A stretch of 64,000 bases of DNA from Candidatus Eiseniibacteriota bacterium. GTDB lineage: Bacteria > Orphanbacterota > Orphanbacteria > Orphanbacterales > Orphanbacteraceae. Under the pieces are notes generated by a model. It saw only the letters and a list, made by a program, of their open reading frames with translations. It searched no databases and was not told the DNA's origin. The stretch lies in assembly GCA_016930695.1 (NCBI GenBank), contig JAFGGD010000026.1, positions 114,904-178,903 on the forward strand. Direction: 5' to 3'. Below, piece by piece: positions 22,701 through 31,183 of the stretch; the first letter of the stretch is position 1; every line of letters begins with the position of its first letter. The position numbers and the translations under genes were made by a program.

Positions 22701-24971
22701 CTCGTCGAGGCGCTCCGCCTCTCCGAGGACGGTCTCCGGATCGGTCGCCGGATCGTCAAGCCGATGCGGCTCGTCGACGGATTGAATCTGCTCGCGCTCT
22801 GTCACATCGCCCGGGAAGAACCGGATCGCGCGGAGGCGGTCCTCGCGGAGATCGAATCGCTCGCGCCGGGGGGATTGGGGGGGCGTCAGCTCGCCCTGAA
22901 CACGCGAACCCGGGGGAGGCTCGCCCGCCTGAGGGGAAGTTACGATGAGGCGGAAGTGCTTTTCGAGGAAGCGCTCCGCCTTTTCAAGTCGCAGAAGGCG
23001 AAACTCAACCTCGTTGAAACGCTTCTGATGATCGCGGCGTGCCGTCTGGATCGGGGAACGGGCCGCTCGCCTCTGGAGTCGCTCCGCTACGCCGAGCGCG
23101 CAATGAAACGGGAGGAGTATCCCCTGTTCGCCGTCCGGCTCCGTTTGTTGAAGGGGCGTTACGAGGAGAGCAGGGGACGGATCGCCGAGGCGGAAGCGCT
23201 CTACCGAGGGGTCGTGCGCGACGCCCGGCGGTTGGATCTCCGGATCGATCTGGCCGAGTCACTCGCACGACTGGGCGCCGTTTTCGCCGCGCAGGGGGCG
23301 AAGCGGCGGGCGAAGCGTCGTCTCGAGGAGGCGAAATCCCTTTACGACCGGATCCGTTTCGTCACTCCTCCTCCATTCCTCTCCCGTCTGCTGGCGAGCC
23401 TTCCCGGCCGGGAGGAAGCGCTCGGCGAAAGTTTTCAGACGATCTGCCGCATCTCGGAGGTGATCAATTCCCGGCGCGACGAGGAGCAGGTCCTCGCTTA
23501 TGTGTTGGATCAGGCGGTGGATTACCTTGGGGCGGAGAGGGGGCTGATTCTGCTGCGCGAGCCGGACGGTCGTCTCTTGCCGCGCAAGGCGCGTTCCCTG
23601 GAAGGAGAGAACCTGGCGGACGTGAGCCGATTCAGTCGCACCGTCTTCGGCATGGCGGAGCGATCCGAGGAGCCCTTCGTCACGGACAACGCCCTTCGAG
23701 ACGAGCGGTTCAGCGGCGCGGAGAGCGTGGCCTCCTTCAGCATTCTCTCCGTGATTTGCGCGCCCATCCGCTCCCGCGACCGGTTGATCGGAGCGATCTA
23801 CCTCGATCATCGCGAAACGGAGGGCGTCTTCTCGCCGCGCGACGTGAGGATCCTCGAAGCTCTCTCCCATCTCACCGGCATCGCGTTCGAGAACGCCCGC
23901 TACCGGCGCCTGTTGGAGAGCGAAAACGAGATGCTGCGCGAGGAGATCGACAGGCGGGAGCACGTCCACGACATCGTCACCGAGAGCCCGGTCATGAAAG
24001 GGATCCTCGACCGGCTTCGCCGGGCGGCGCGGGGGCGCATGCCGATTCTTCTCCTCGGGGAGACGGGCGTGGGGAAGAGCCTGATTGCCGGTTTCATCCA
24101 CGAAGAGAGCGACCGCCGGGACAAAGCCTTCCGCTCCCTCAACACGACGGCGATCCCGGAGACGCTCTTCGAGTCGGAGGTCTTCGGTAGCGAGCGGGGC
24201 GCCTTCTCCGGCGCGGATCAGCGCCGGATCGGGGCGTTCGAGCGGGCCGACGGGGGAACCCTCTTCCTGGACGAGATCGGCGGCATGAAAGTGGAGACCC
24301 AAAAGAAACTGCTTCGAGCCCTTCAAGACGGCACCTTCGAGAGACTGGGAGGAAGCGAAACGCTCCGGTCGGACGTCCGCCTCATCTCCGCCACCAACCA
24401 GGACCTCCAGTCGCTCATCGCCCGCGGCCTCTTTCGCAGCGATCTTCTTTACCGGATCAACGCGGAAACGGTGACGATTCCCCCTCTCCGGGAACGGCGG
24501 GAGGACATCATCCCCCTCGCGCGCGCTTTCCTGAAGAAGCACGCCCGGGAGAACCGCCGCCCGGTCCGCTCTATCTCCGACGAGGTCCTTTCCCTGTTTC
24601 TGTTCCACCATTGGCCGGGGAACGTGCGGGAGCTGGACTCCGCCATCGTGCGCGCCGTCTCCCTGTGCGACGGGGAACGGATCGAGGTGCGGGATCTGCC
24701 GGAGCACTTGAGCGCTCTCTTCCCGTCGATGGGGGCGGGTGGCTCGAGATCGAAGAAGCCGGAAGCCGATCTCGGGGCGGAGATGCGGGACATCGAGCGC
24801 GGCCGGGTTCTCGACGCGCTCCGCGGGAGCGATTGGAACAACACGGCCGCGGCGAAAAAGCTGGGCGTCCACGAATCCACGGTTCGGAAAAAGAGGAAGC
24901 AATACGGCCTCGATCGTTTCCGGCCGAAATCGTCTCCGCCGGACGACCCGTACGATCATACGAATCACTGA
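19788..24971 (+). CDS. Ser/Thr kinase - STAND-like P-loop NTPase - TPR array - GAF - sigma54 AAA+ activator - HTH fusion
   Basis: 'HGDLKPSNIL', 'GTLGYLAPE', 'SDLYSLG'; 'LVGRD', 'GEKGWGKT', 'IVDNLD'; TPR helices; GAF 'SVICAPI..GAIYLD'; 'GETGVGKS', 'ESEVFGSERGAFSGA', 'GTLFLDEIG', 'DLLYRIN', 'WPGNVREL'; HTH 'NNTAAAKKLGV'. Confidence 0.92.
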   Translation: MSRRTPPRMPAGYRVESVLKSDGERVVAIAHPADGGDRVVLKVVGPRAEEMARVRFHDVIRLQGDLVHPGICPIINVGRTPDGGVFAVYPYVKTVDPAAWTAVDRKTRFPLVVRALSEPVAFLHEHGHVHGDLKPSNILFRAEEGEIRDLLLTDFLPPLFFRGDRLGTIAGTLGYLAPEAIRGNEPDHRSDLYSLGATLHEILTGSPLFTGSAEEVAWGHLSARPRVGAPREWNLPARWNEALERLLAKSPADRPQTARDFLADFFDEKPGSGRVTVVARPPLVGRDSLLEEMRDWSSLDDRPCLALRGEKGWGKTRLLREFSLQLRLDGEKVAFLSVPEAVCDRPYEGARLLLAAISADPLRWDLGRIASSPRRSGTAGSSGELSLFRAIYRIWEERIAGFADRGGKPILVIVDNLDHFDDSSLRFFRFLLDRDGPPPVRFLASIGSVESPQLSSLLDRFEERGLLRTLMLEVLSDSDVEEWIRGVLGNGKVDPGLTREAVRRSGGVPARLEGLARRWIARGRVRRKYGSFTLSETPAPGDDAGAGEESAVGLDPAGLPPRAALLAAAVALSPIAGDAPFYRRLLGVPEEDWPVLVNALVGRGWIRIDPDPAGDRYSLKDEAFRPALAGMISADTRTKLHRAAARLRAEEEKRGVEGASLIVAHHLAGAGSFAAARRKLMKAAEGMERLFLFRDAARLYRRASAVDPGSIAPGERAKLLLRLAETRFRAGETRGARAAARLLLAWGRDRGIDRSTIIRAGLLDAWIFCNQGNPGRAEKKLRALLSPPEGLSPRDRAAILRDLGWALLDQNRKEEAGRALRSGLEALKGTRERVLKGQIFNRLGAIAYNGHDWARAITFYRRAVRVLEGTAPGEAVPPLSNLALIYYWTGRLRDARESMERTLRIARETGNLIEEARISEDLARVFARLGRWEEAGRLFHEAFVTFREYGESAHEATTLLSMGHAARERGRLVEALRLSEDGLRIGRRIVKPMRLVDGLNLLALCHIAREEPDRAEAVLAEIESLAPGGLGGRQLALNTRTRGRLARLRGSYDEAEVLFEEALRLFKSQKAKLNLVETLLMIAACRLDRGTGRSPLESLRYAERAMKREEYPLFAVRLRLLKGRYEESRGRIAEAEALYRGVVRDARRLDLRIDLAESLARLGAVFAAQGAKRRAKRRLEEAKSLYDRIRFVTPPPFLSRLLASLPGREEALGESFQTICRISEVINSRRDEEQVLAYVLDQAVDYLGAERGLILLREPDGRLLPRKARSLEGENLADVSRFSRTVFGMAERSEEPFVTDNALRDERFSGAESVASFSILSVICAPIRSRDRLIGAIYLDHRETEGVFSPRDVRILEALSHLTGIAFENARYRRLLESENEMLREEIDRREHVHDIVTESPVMKGILDRLRRAARGRMPILLLGETGVGKSLIAGFIHEESDRRDKAFRSLNTTAIPETLFESEVFGSERGAFSGADQRRIGAFERADGGTLFLDEIGGMKVETQKKLLRALQDGTFERLGGSETLRSDVRLISATNQDLQSLIARGLFRSDLLYRINAETVTIPPLRERREDIIPLARAFLKKHARENRRPVRSISDEVLSLFLFHHWPGNVRELDSAIVRAVSLCDGERIEVRDLPEHLSALFPSMGAGGSRSKKPEADLGAEMRDIERGRVLDALRGSDWNNTAAAKKLGVHESTVRKKRKQYGLDRFRPKSSPPDDPYDHTNH

Positions 24972-25253
24972 CAGATTGACCATCCGCCCGCCACGCTCCC
25001 CGCGATCGTACTTACACTCTGATTCCTATGGAGATAGGGTCGCGGATCGGCCCGCGATGCCCCGATAAATTCGTACGCCCGTACGCCCGATTCCCCGGCG
25101 CCCGAATCGCACCCCCCGCTTTTTTTTATTCCTCGTGAAGACAAGAGGTTGCTCGGTCATCGCGACGCCCGCGCCGCACGATCCTTGCCATGACGTTCCT
25201 TCGTGCTCGTCGTGTCTGTGAAGAACCGCGGACAAAACAGGAGGTTGTCGATC

Positions 25254-25472
25254 ATGAAGAGCCGCGCCCGATTTTCCGCAACGACGATGTTGATCGCGCT
25301 TTTCGCCTTTCTCTTCCTCTTTCTTCCGCAGATCCGTTTGGAGACGCCAGGGCAAGTTGGGGGGGGGCCTGCTATCGGGGTGATTCACGCCTATGCCGAC
25401 TCGGCGGACACCCTGCATAGCCCTCCCAACCCCTGGCCGCTTCCGGACGATCCGGACGATCCGCACCCCTAA
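25254..25472 (+). CDS. 72-aa exported peptide precursor with Pro/Asp-rich C-terminus
   Basis: CAGGAGG RBS before ATG 25254; basic n-region, hydrophobic LIALFAFLFLFL, AYA-D site, tail DSADTLHSPPNPWPLPDDPDDPHP. Confidence 0.65.
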   Translation: MKSRARFSATTMLIALFAFLFLFLPQIRLETPGQVGGGPAIGVIHAYADSADTLHSPPNPWPLPDDPDDPHP

Positions 25473-25486
25473 GCAAGGAGAAGGAC

Positions 25487-26068
25487 ATGCCGTCGAAGAC
25501 GACAAGGTGCTTTGCAACCGGTAGGTGGTCTTGGGGGGGGAGCGGACACGTCCGCTCCTTACCCCTCGGAGGATTCAGGGACGATGCACTCGAAGCGTCG
25601 GTCCGGAACCTCCGTCGCTCCCTCGATTGCCGCGCGAACGTACTCATCACCGGAGACGTGGCGGCGGCGCGCGGTTTTTTCCGCGCCCGGCTCTCCTCGT
25701 CGCTTCGGGAAATCGGATGGCGGGATCTCAACAGAGAAGGACCGGCCATTCTCTTCTCTTCCCGCGCGGATCCGGAAGAGACGGTCTTCTTGGACAGGAT
25801 CGAGCGCCTCGACAGCTGGGTGCGCGCGGCACTTCTGGATCTGCTCGAAGCGGAGAACCACGGCGGGCAAGGGGTCGTTCCCCGGCTGATCAGCGGATGC
25901 TATCGGGAATCCGTTCGATCGCTCGGGGAGGCGTGTTTAGAGCGCGCCCTCTTCTATCGGTTGGGGGCGATCACCGTCCACGTTCCTTTCCGAAAGAGAG
26001 AGATTCTGCGGCGGTTTTTCGAAGACGAGGACCGAGCACTCGTCGCGCCGGGCGCGATTCGCGGTTGA
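25487..26068 (+). CDS. Degenerate sigma54-activator-like AAA domain protein
   Basis: AAGGAG RBS; remnants 'NVLITGD', 'TVFLDRIERL', 'RLISG', 'LFYRLGAITVHVP'; no Walker A lysine, GAFTGA or HTH. Confidence 0.65.
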   Translation: MPSKTTRCFATGRWSWGGSGHVRSLPLGGFRDDALEASVRNLRRSLDCRANVLITGDVAAARGFFRARLSSSLREIGWRDLNREGPAILFSSRADPEETVFLDRIERLDSWVRAALLDLLEAENHGGQGVVPRLISGCYRESVRSLGEACLERALFYRLGAITVHVPFRKREILRRFFEDEDRALVAPGAIRG

Positions 26069-26262
26069 CGCCTGAAAATCGGGGGCGGGAGAGCGAGGGC
26101 GCGGACCCGGCGGTGCGACACGCCTGCGTAGCGCCCCGCGCCCGCCCCCTCCGGGGGGGAAGGGCGACGGGGCGGACGAAACCATACGGACACCGAGGGA
26201 GCGGGAATGGGGGACGCGGGGGACACCGGAGCGCCACGGCGCTCCTAAAGGAGAACGGACCG

Positions 26263-27267
26263 GTGGGACCTGACGCGAACCTTTCGAGGAGCGAGAGCGG
26301 AGCCCGGCTCGAGGAGAAGCGGGGGCGCGACACGGAGAGGGACGAGAGGCCGCCCACGGGAGAGGCCGAGCGGCTGCGAAACGAGCTGGAGGAAACCCGG
26401 CGGACCGAGCGGAGGCTGCGGCGGCACAATCACGCATGGAGGCTTCTTTACAGAAAAAAGAAGGAAGACCTTCTCCTCGTCCGCGCGAGGCTGGAAGAGC
26501 TTCGCCGGCTGAGGAACGACTTTCTCACCTCCGTCTCCCACGAGCTTCGAACGCCGCTCACGTCGATCCTCTCCTCATCGGAGTATCTCCTTAACGGAGA
26601 CGAGCCGCCGCCGAAGAGCCGGCATTGCCTGGAAATGATCCGAACGGAAGGGGAGCGGCTGAACCGGATTATCGACGAGATTTTCGAGATCACCCGGCTG
26701 GGGGGCGAAGACTTGGAGTGGCGGGACGAGACGATCGACATGGGCCGGTTCGTTCGCGGGATCGTGGAGAAGGATCTGGACAAGGAGGGGGGGGACGGGG
26801 CGGCCCTTCGGGTGGAGATCGAGTCGAACGTGCCCCGGGCGCGCGCAGACGCCAAGCGATTGGAGGCCGTGCTCCGGTATCTGCTCACGAGGGTCCGGCG
26901 CGTCTTTTCGGGAGGCGGAGAGGTGAGGATCGTCGTGGGGCGCATGCTGTGGGAGCGCGGCGGAGAGTCGCGTCCGTGGGTCCGGGTGGTGATCGGGAAT
27001 GAAGGGTGGGGCGCTTCGGCGGAAGGGGAATACCGGCCGGACGTCGTGTCCATGGAGGAGAGGGGGGAGGAGGGATGGGGGCTCTCCGTCTGTCGTGACG
27101 TGATCACCCACTACGGCGGCGACCTCTGGTTCGAGAAGGCGGAGGGGAGCGCCGGGCGCGTCGTCTTCACCCTGCCCGCGGTGGGGGAGCCGCTGCCGAA
27201 CCGCGACCGGGCGGAAAGGGACCGGAGCTCCGGCGCCGTGGAAGGGGCCGTGCGCCCCCGCCGTTAA
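26263..27267 (+). CDS. Histidine kinase-like protein with intact H-box and degenerate ATP-binding domain
   Basis: AAGGAG RBS before GTG 26263; coiled coil, then 'FLTSVSHELRTPL'; N-box reads 'RYLLTRVRR', G1 'GNEGWG', G2 'EGWGLSVC', 'FTLP'. Confidence 0.75.
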   Translation: MGPDANLSRSESGARLEEKRGRDTERDERPPTGEAERLRNELEETRRTERRLRRHNHAWRLLYRKKKEDLLLVRARLEELRRLRNDFLTSVSHELRTPLTSILSSSEYLLNGDEPPPKSRHCLEMIRTEGERLNRIIDEIFEITRLGGEDLEWRDETIDMGRFVRGIVEKDLDKEGGDGAALRVEIESNVPRARADAKRLEAVLRYLLTRVRRVFSGGGEVRIVVGRMLWERGGESRPWVRVVIGNEGWGASAEGEYRPDVVSMEERGEEGWGLSVCRDVITHYGGDLWFEKAEGSAGRVVFTLPAVGEPLPNRDRAERDRSSGAVEGAVRPRR

Positions 27268-28844
27268 GAGGCGCCGCGGGCGGTTTTACCGAATCCCTCC
27301 GCGCCGCCTCCGGCCTCCCACGGGCGGTTCTCCCTCTCCTCGATTCGGTAGACCCGGGCGATCCGGTTCGGATTCCGCCGCGGATTCATTCGGTGAATGA
27401 TTCGATCCGCCAGGCTCGGCGTGACCTTTTTCTCCAGCGCCAGCCGCTTTCCGAAGGCGCGACCGAAACGCTCCACCCGCTCGTCGATTCGATCCCCGCC
27501 GTGGAAGACGATGTAATTGGGGAAGGGGAAACGGTCCCGGTTCGCGTCGATCTCCTCCCGGAGCTTCTCCTCGCTTTTTCCGACCGGATAGTTGTATAGC
27601 GGGTGGCGAAAGTCGTCGAGATAGAAGCGCGCCGCGAGCGGCGGCGCGTCCCGATCGGACTCCCAAATCAGGCCGGCCAGGTCCCCTTTTCTCGCGATCG
27701 TCACCATCGGCTCCACGGCGCTCTTCTTGGAGAAAGTGAAGGTGAGCGTCAGGAGAAGGGCCAGGTTGAGCGTCCAAAACCACGCGGTGAGGCTTGTGCG
27801 GAGCGGGTGGAGCCGCCCGCGAAGGCCGAACCGCTCTTCGATGGCGTCCCAACCGGCGGCGCCGAGCAGGAGGAGGAAGGGGAGCGCCGGGAGGATGAAG
27901 CGCTCCTGCTTGCTCGGGAATAAGGAGTGGAAGAAAAGGAAGAGGAAGACCGGCCAGAAGAGGAGCGAAGAACGCCGCCACATCCGGAGAAAACCGGCGA
28001 CGAGGAGCGCGCTCACCGGCGGAATCAGCGCGGCGAGCACGAGGAGGATGTACCGGTACCAGGGACCGACGATGTAGTCGTGCCGGTGCGCGAGGTTGTA
28101 CGCGATGTACATGTGAAGCGAAGCGAAGGGGTATCCCCAGGCGATGTGATCGATCAGACCGGTCGTGATTCCGACCGCGCCGATCGCGCCGGCGGCGTAG
28201 CCGAGAAAGAGGCGCCCCTCGCGGCGCAGAGCGAGAACGAGCCCCACCGGCCCGGCGATGAGCGCCGTCTGATAACGGATCGTGAAGGCGAGGCCGAACC
28301 ACAGGCCCGCCGCGATTCCGTTTCGCAGGGGGCGCTCTTCCCGGCCGGTGAGTAGGCGGTCGAATCCGACGAGGAGCGCCGGAACGCACGCGAATTCGAT
28401 CAGGTTGCGCACGGACATGAAGGGCATCAGCCAGAAGAGAGCGAGGAGGATTCCGGCGCGGCGGGCGACGGCGGGCCCGGCGATCCGTAACGCGATCCTA
28501 TATCCATAAAGCATAGCGAGCATGGACCAGGCGGCGTGCAGCAGCCGGACCACCAACATCTTCGCTTGGGGATCGTCGATCCGGGCCGCCTCGAGGCCGC
28601 GAAAGAGAAGATAGTGAAGGCCCGGATAGACGAGGTTGCGATTCATCGGTTCGCCCAGATCGAACCAGTTTCCGCCGGGCGTGCGGTCCACCCAACGCTG
28701 GGCGATCTCGATCACCTGGAAATGGTCGTCCGACATGGCGTAGCCGGCGGAGAAAATCGCCGCCGCGAGCCGGAAGAGGGCGGCGGCGGCGAGGATCACG
28801 AGGAGCGGTCTTTTGTTCCAGAGCGCGCGCAATCGTTTCATCAT
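27264..28844 (-). CDS. GT-C fold membrane glycosyltransferase (Alg9/PIG-B-like mannosyltransferase)
   Basis: Multi-TM; 'SDDHFQVIE', 'RYQ', 'PWYRY', 'KQERFILP'. Confidence 0.78.
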   Translation of the reverse strand: MMKRLRALWNKRPLLVILAAAALFRLAAAIFSAGYAMSDDHFQVIEIAQRWVDRTPGGNWFDLGEPMNRNLVYPGLHYLLFRGLEAARIDDPQAKMLVVRLLHAAWSMLAMLYGYRIALRIAGPAVARRAGILLALFWLMPFMSVRNLIEFACVPALLVGFDRLLTGREERPLRNGIAAGLWFGLAFTIRYQTALIAGPVGLVLALRREGRLFLGYAAGAIGAVGITTGLIDHIAWGYPFASLHMYIAYNLAHRHDYIVGPWYRYILLVLAALIPPVSALLVAGFLRMWRRSSLLFWPVFLFLFFHSLFPSKQERFILPALPFLLLLGAAGWDAIEERFGLRGRLHPLRTSLTAWFWTLNLALLLTLTFTFSKKSAVEPMVTIARKGDLAGLIWESDRDAPPLAARFYLDDFRHPLYNYPVGKSEEKLREEIDANRDRFPFPNYIVFHGGDRIDERVERFGRAFGKRLALEKKVTPSLADRIIHRMNPRRNPNRIARVYRIEERENRPWEAGGGAEGFGKTARGAS

Positions 28845-28897
28845 CGGACGATCCTATCGCAGAGGAGCGCGCCCCTCAAGCGGGGAGGGTGGGGAGA

Positions 28898-28936
28898 GAA
28901 AGAAAGCGCCCCGGAGGCGGGTTCCCCCCGGGGCGC
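28898..28936 (-). terminator. Rho-independent terminator after the OPT gene
   Basis: Stem GCGCCCCGG/CCGGGGCGC, followed on the minus strand by TTTCTTT. Confidence 0.55.
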
Positions 28937-28963
28937 GTCGTTCGCGCGGATCGCGGGCGCCGA

Positions 28964-31000
28964 TCAACCGCCGCGGATGAGTGCGATCAGGATCGGCAGA
29001 AGGATCAGGAAGATCCCCATCAGGCTCTCGCCGGCGATCACCCCCGAGGCGACCGGGAAGGTGTAGAGCGCGTCCCGCTTCGGCCATTTTTTCTTCACGA
29101 TGTAAGCGACCACGCCGCCGAGGAACATCGAGAACCCGTAGTAAAAATGGAAGGTGAAGGCGAGGCCGAGCCCCATCGGCGAGGGGATCCACATATGGTG
29201 TTTCGAGGGGACGAGCCGGGTGAGCACCACGAGCAGGATCCCGAGGAGGCCGCCGATGACGAGCGCCGCCTGGGCGGTCGGGTGGAGCGCCCCGAGTCCC
29301 TGGGAGAGAAGGCGCGCCACCGAGGACCAGACCATGGCGGCCGGCGCGGGCCACTGGTCCGTGCCGAGAGCGGAGGCCTGCGGCACGAGCAGGTAGAACA
29401 CGGGGACCGTTACCGCCGTGCCGATGAAGATCCCGGCGAACTGCGCGAGGAACTGTTTCCTCGGGTTGGCGCCGAGCACGTAGCCGCTCTTCAGGTCGAT
29501 CAGCAGGTCCGAGGCGCTGTCCGCCACGCCGGCGGTGATGCAGGCCGCCATCAGGTTGATGTTCATCGTCTGCTGCGGCGCGTTGATGCGGAGCGATTTG
29601 GGGGTGATGGCGCCGTACATCAGCTGCGTCACTTTCCCCATGGCGCCCACGGGAGTCGTGTCCGTCTCGCCGGCGACCCGGCAGGCGACGAGGGCGAGGA
29701 AGAAGGAGAGAACGATCGCCAGGATCCCCATCCAGACCGGCATGCCGAAAACGAGGTAGGCGACGATGACGACGCCGATCCCGCCGACGAGCCCTCCGCC
29801 GGCGAACCAGGAGGAGGGAACCTCGATCTTCTCCATCGCCTCCTCTTCCTCGGTGAGCGCTTTGCGGCTCGACCGGGGCTTGAAGATGGCGGTGATGCCG
29901 CTGAGGGCGCGGCCGACGGCGCGCCACTGGAAGGCGAAGGCCAGAAGCCCGCTGGTCACCATGCAGGAAGCGCCCCCCCAGAGGGACCAGGAGACCATGG
30001 TGCGATAGTTCAGCGCCTCGATGACCCCCAGGTTGTGCATCCAGGGAACGAGAACGGCCCAGCAGAGAACGGAGCCGATCATGACGCTCGTCGCCACGCG
30101 GATTCCCATCAGTGCGCCGCCCGCCACCAGCAGGAGGCTTCCCTCCATGCCGACGGTGTACTGGAAGGCGCGCTCGCCGAAGATCGGGTAGGCGTAGCGG
30201 ATCAGAACGAACTCCCGGGTCATCACGCCGATCTCCCGGAACATCTCGAAGCCCTCGCGGAGGAAGGCGACCGTCGCGCCGATCCCGCCGGCGATGAAAA
30301 GGGAGCGCGCGCTCTTTTCCCCCTCCTCGGCGCTCGTCACCGTCCCCTCCACGTCCGCGAGTTCCTCGAGCGCCGCTTCTTCCGCCGATTTCTTGGGGGC
30401 CCCCTCCTTTTCGGCGGGGGTCTCCTCCGCGGACTCCAACAGGGGACCCTCCAGCGCCGGCTTGTGGTCGATGTCGCTGTGGAGGCTGCGAAGGGTCATG
30501 GCGGCCGCGATCCCCGAGGGGAAGCGGAGGCGCTCGACGTTGATCATCTGCCGCTTCATCGGGATGGCGAGGGTGACGCCGAGCACGGCGAGGAAGAAGA
30601 TCCACGCCGTCAACCAGCCGTAGGGAATGTGCTCCCCCGTCACCAGAAGGTAGGCGGCGATCGCCGAGACGAGCGTGCCGCCGGTGGAGTAACCCGCCGA
30701 CGACGCGGTGGACTGCATGGCGTTGTTCTCGAGCACCGACATGTCCGATTTCACGATCCCCAGCTTGCGGAAGGTCTTCCAGATCGCGAAGCTGAGCACG
30801 CAGGCGGTGATCGCCACGCCGAATCCCCAACCGGTTTTCAGGCCGATGTACAGGTTGGTGAGGGAGAGGACGGCGCCGAGGCAACCGCCCATAATGACCG
30901 CCCGCCATGTGAGCTGGGGCATGTCGCCCCGGTAGTGATCACGGAACCACTGTCGTTCCAGCTCCTCCGGCGACGGTCGATGTGTCTGGGATGAGGCCAT
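28964..31000 (-). CDS. OPT family oligopeptide transporter
   Basis: 'QLTWRAVIMG', 'NLYIGLKTG', 'LENNAMQS', 'LRFPSG', 'GETD', 'DLKSGY', 'ASGVIAGESL'; start moved to ATG 31000. Confidence 0.9.
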   Translation of the reverse strand: MASSQTHRPSPEELERQWFRDHYRGDMPQLTWRAVIMGGCLGAVLSLTNLYIGLKTGWGFGVAITACVLSFAIWKTFRKLGIVKSDMSVLENNAMQSTASSAGYSTGGTLVSAIAAYLLVTGEHIPYGWLTAWIFFLAVLGVTLAIPMKRQMINVERLRFPSGIAAAMTLRSLHSDIDHKPALEGPLLESAEETPAEKEGAPKKSAEEAALEELADVEGTVTSAEEGEKSARSLFIAGGIGATVAFLREGFEMFREIGVMTREFVLIRYAYPIFGERAFQYTVGMEGSLLLVAGGALMGIRVATSVMIGSVLCWAVLVPWMHNLGVIEALNYRTMVSWSLWGGASCMVTSGLLAFAFQWRAVGRALSGITAIFKPRSSRKALTEEEEAMEKIEVPSSWFAGGGLVGGIGVVIVAYLVFGMPVWMGILAIVLSFFLALVACRVAGETDTTPVGAMGKVTQLMYGAITPKSLRINAPQQTMNINLMAACITAGVADSASDLLIDLKSGYVLGANPRKQFLAQFAGIFIGTAVTVPVFYLLVPQASALGTDQWPAPAAMVWSSVARLLSQGLGALHPTAQAALVIGGLLGILLVVLTRLVPSKHHMWIPSPMGLGLAFTFHFYYGFSMFLGGVVAYIVKKKWPKRDALYTFPVASGVIAGESLMGIFLILLPILIALIRGG

Positions 31001-31183
31001 GACCGGTTCCTTTCTCGGGTGCGTGTGTACGGGTGCGCGAGACACGAGCATAACGCGGCGCTCCGCCGGTGGCAATCACCGGGACCGCCGCCGATTCCGG
31101 TTGGACCGTCCGCCCGGAAAGGGGAAAATAGGCCTGTGGATCGATCGGGCCGATCCCGGCCCGAGCCCGGAGAGGAGGGACTC

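Noticed and set aside
19788-24971. Avs-type antiphage STAND protein
   Set aside because: The output is a sigma54 activator, not a nuclease or other toxic effector, and there is no defence-island context; a stress-sensing role is not excluded
25525-26262. N-terminal 246 aa of the 580-aa track ORF
   Set aside because: Low-complexity, overlaps the AAA-like gene in another frame; an RBS supports GTG 26263 instead
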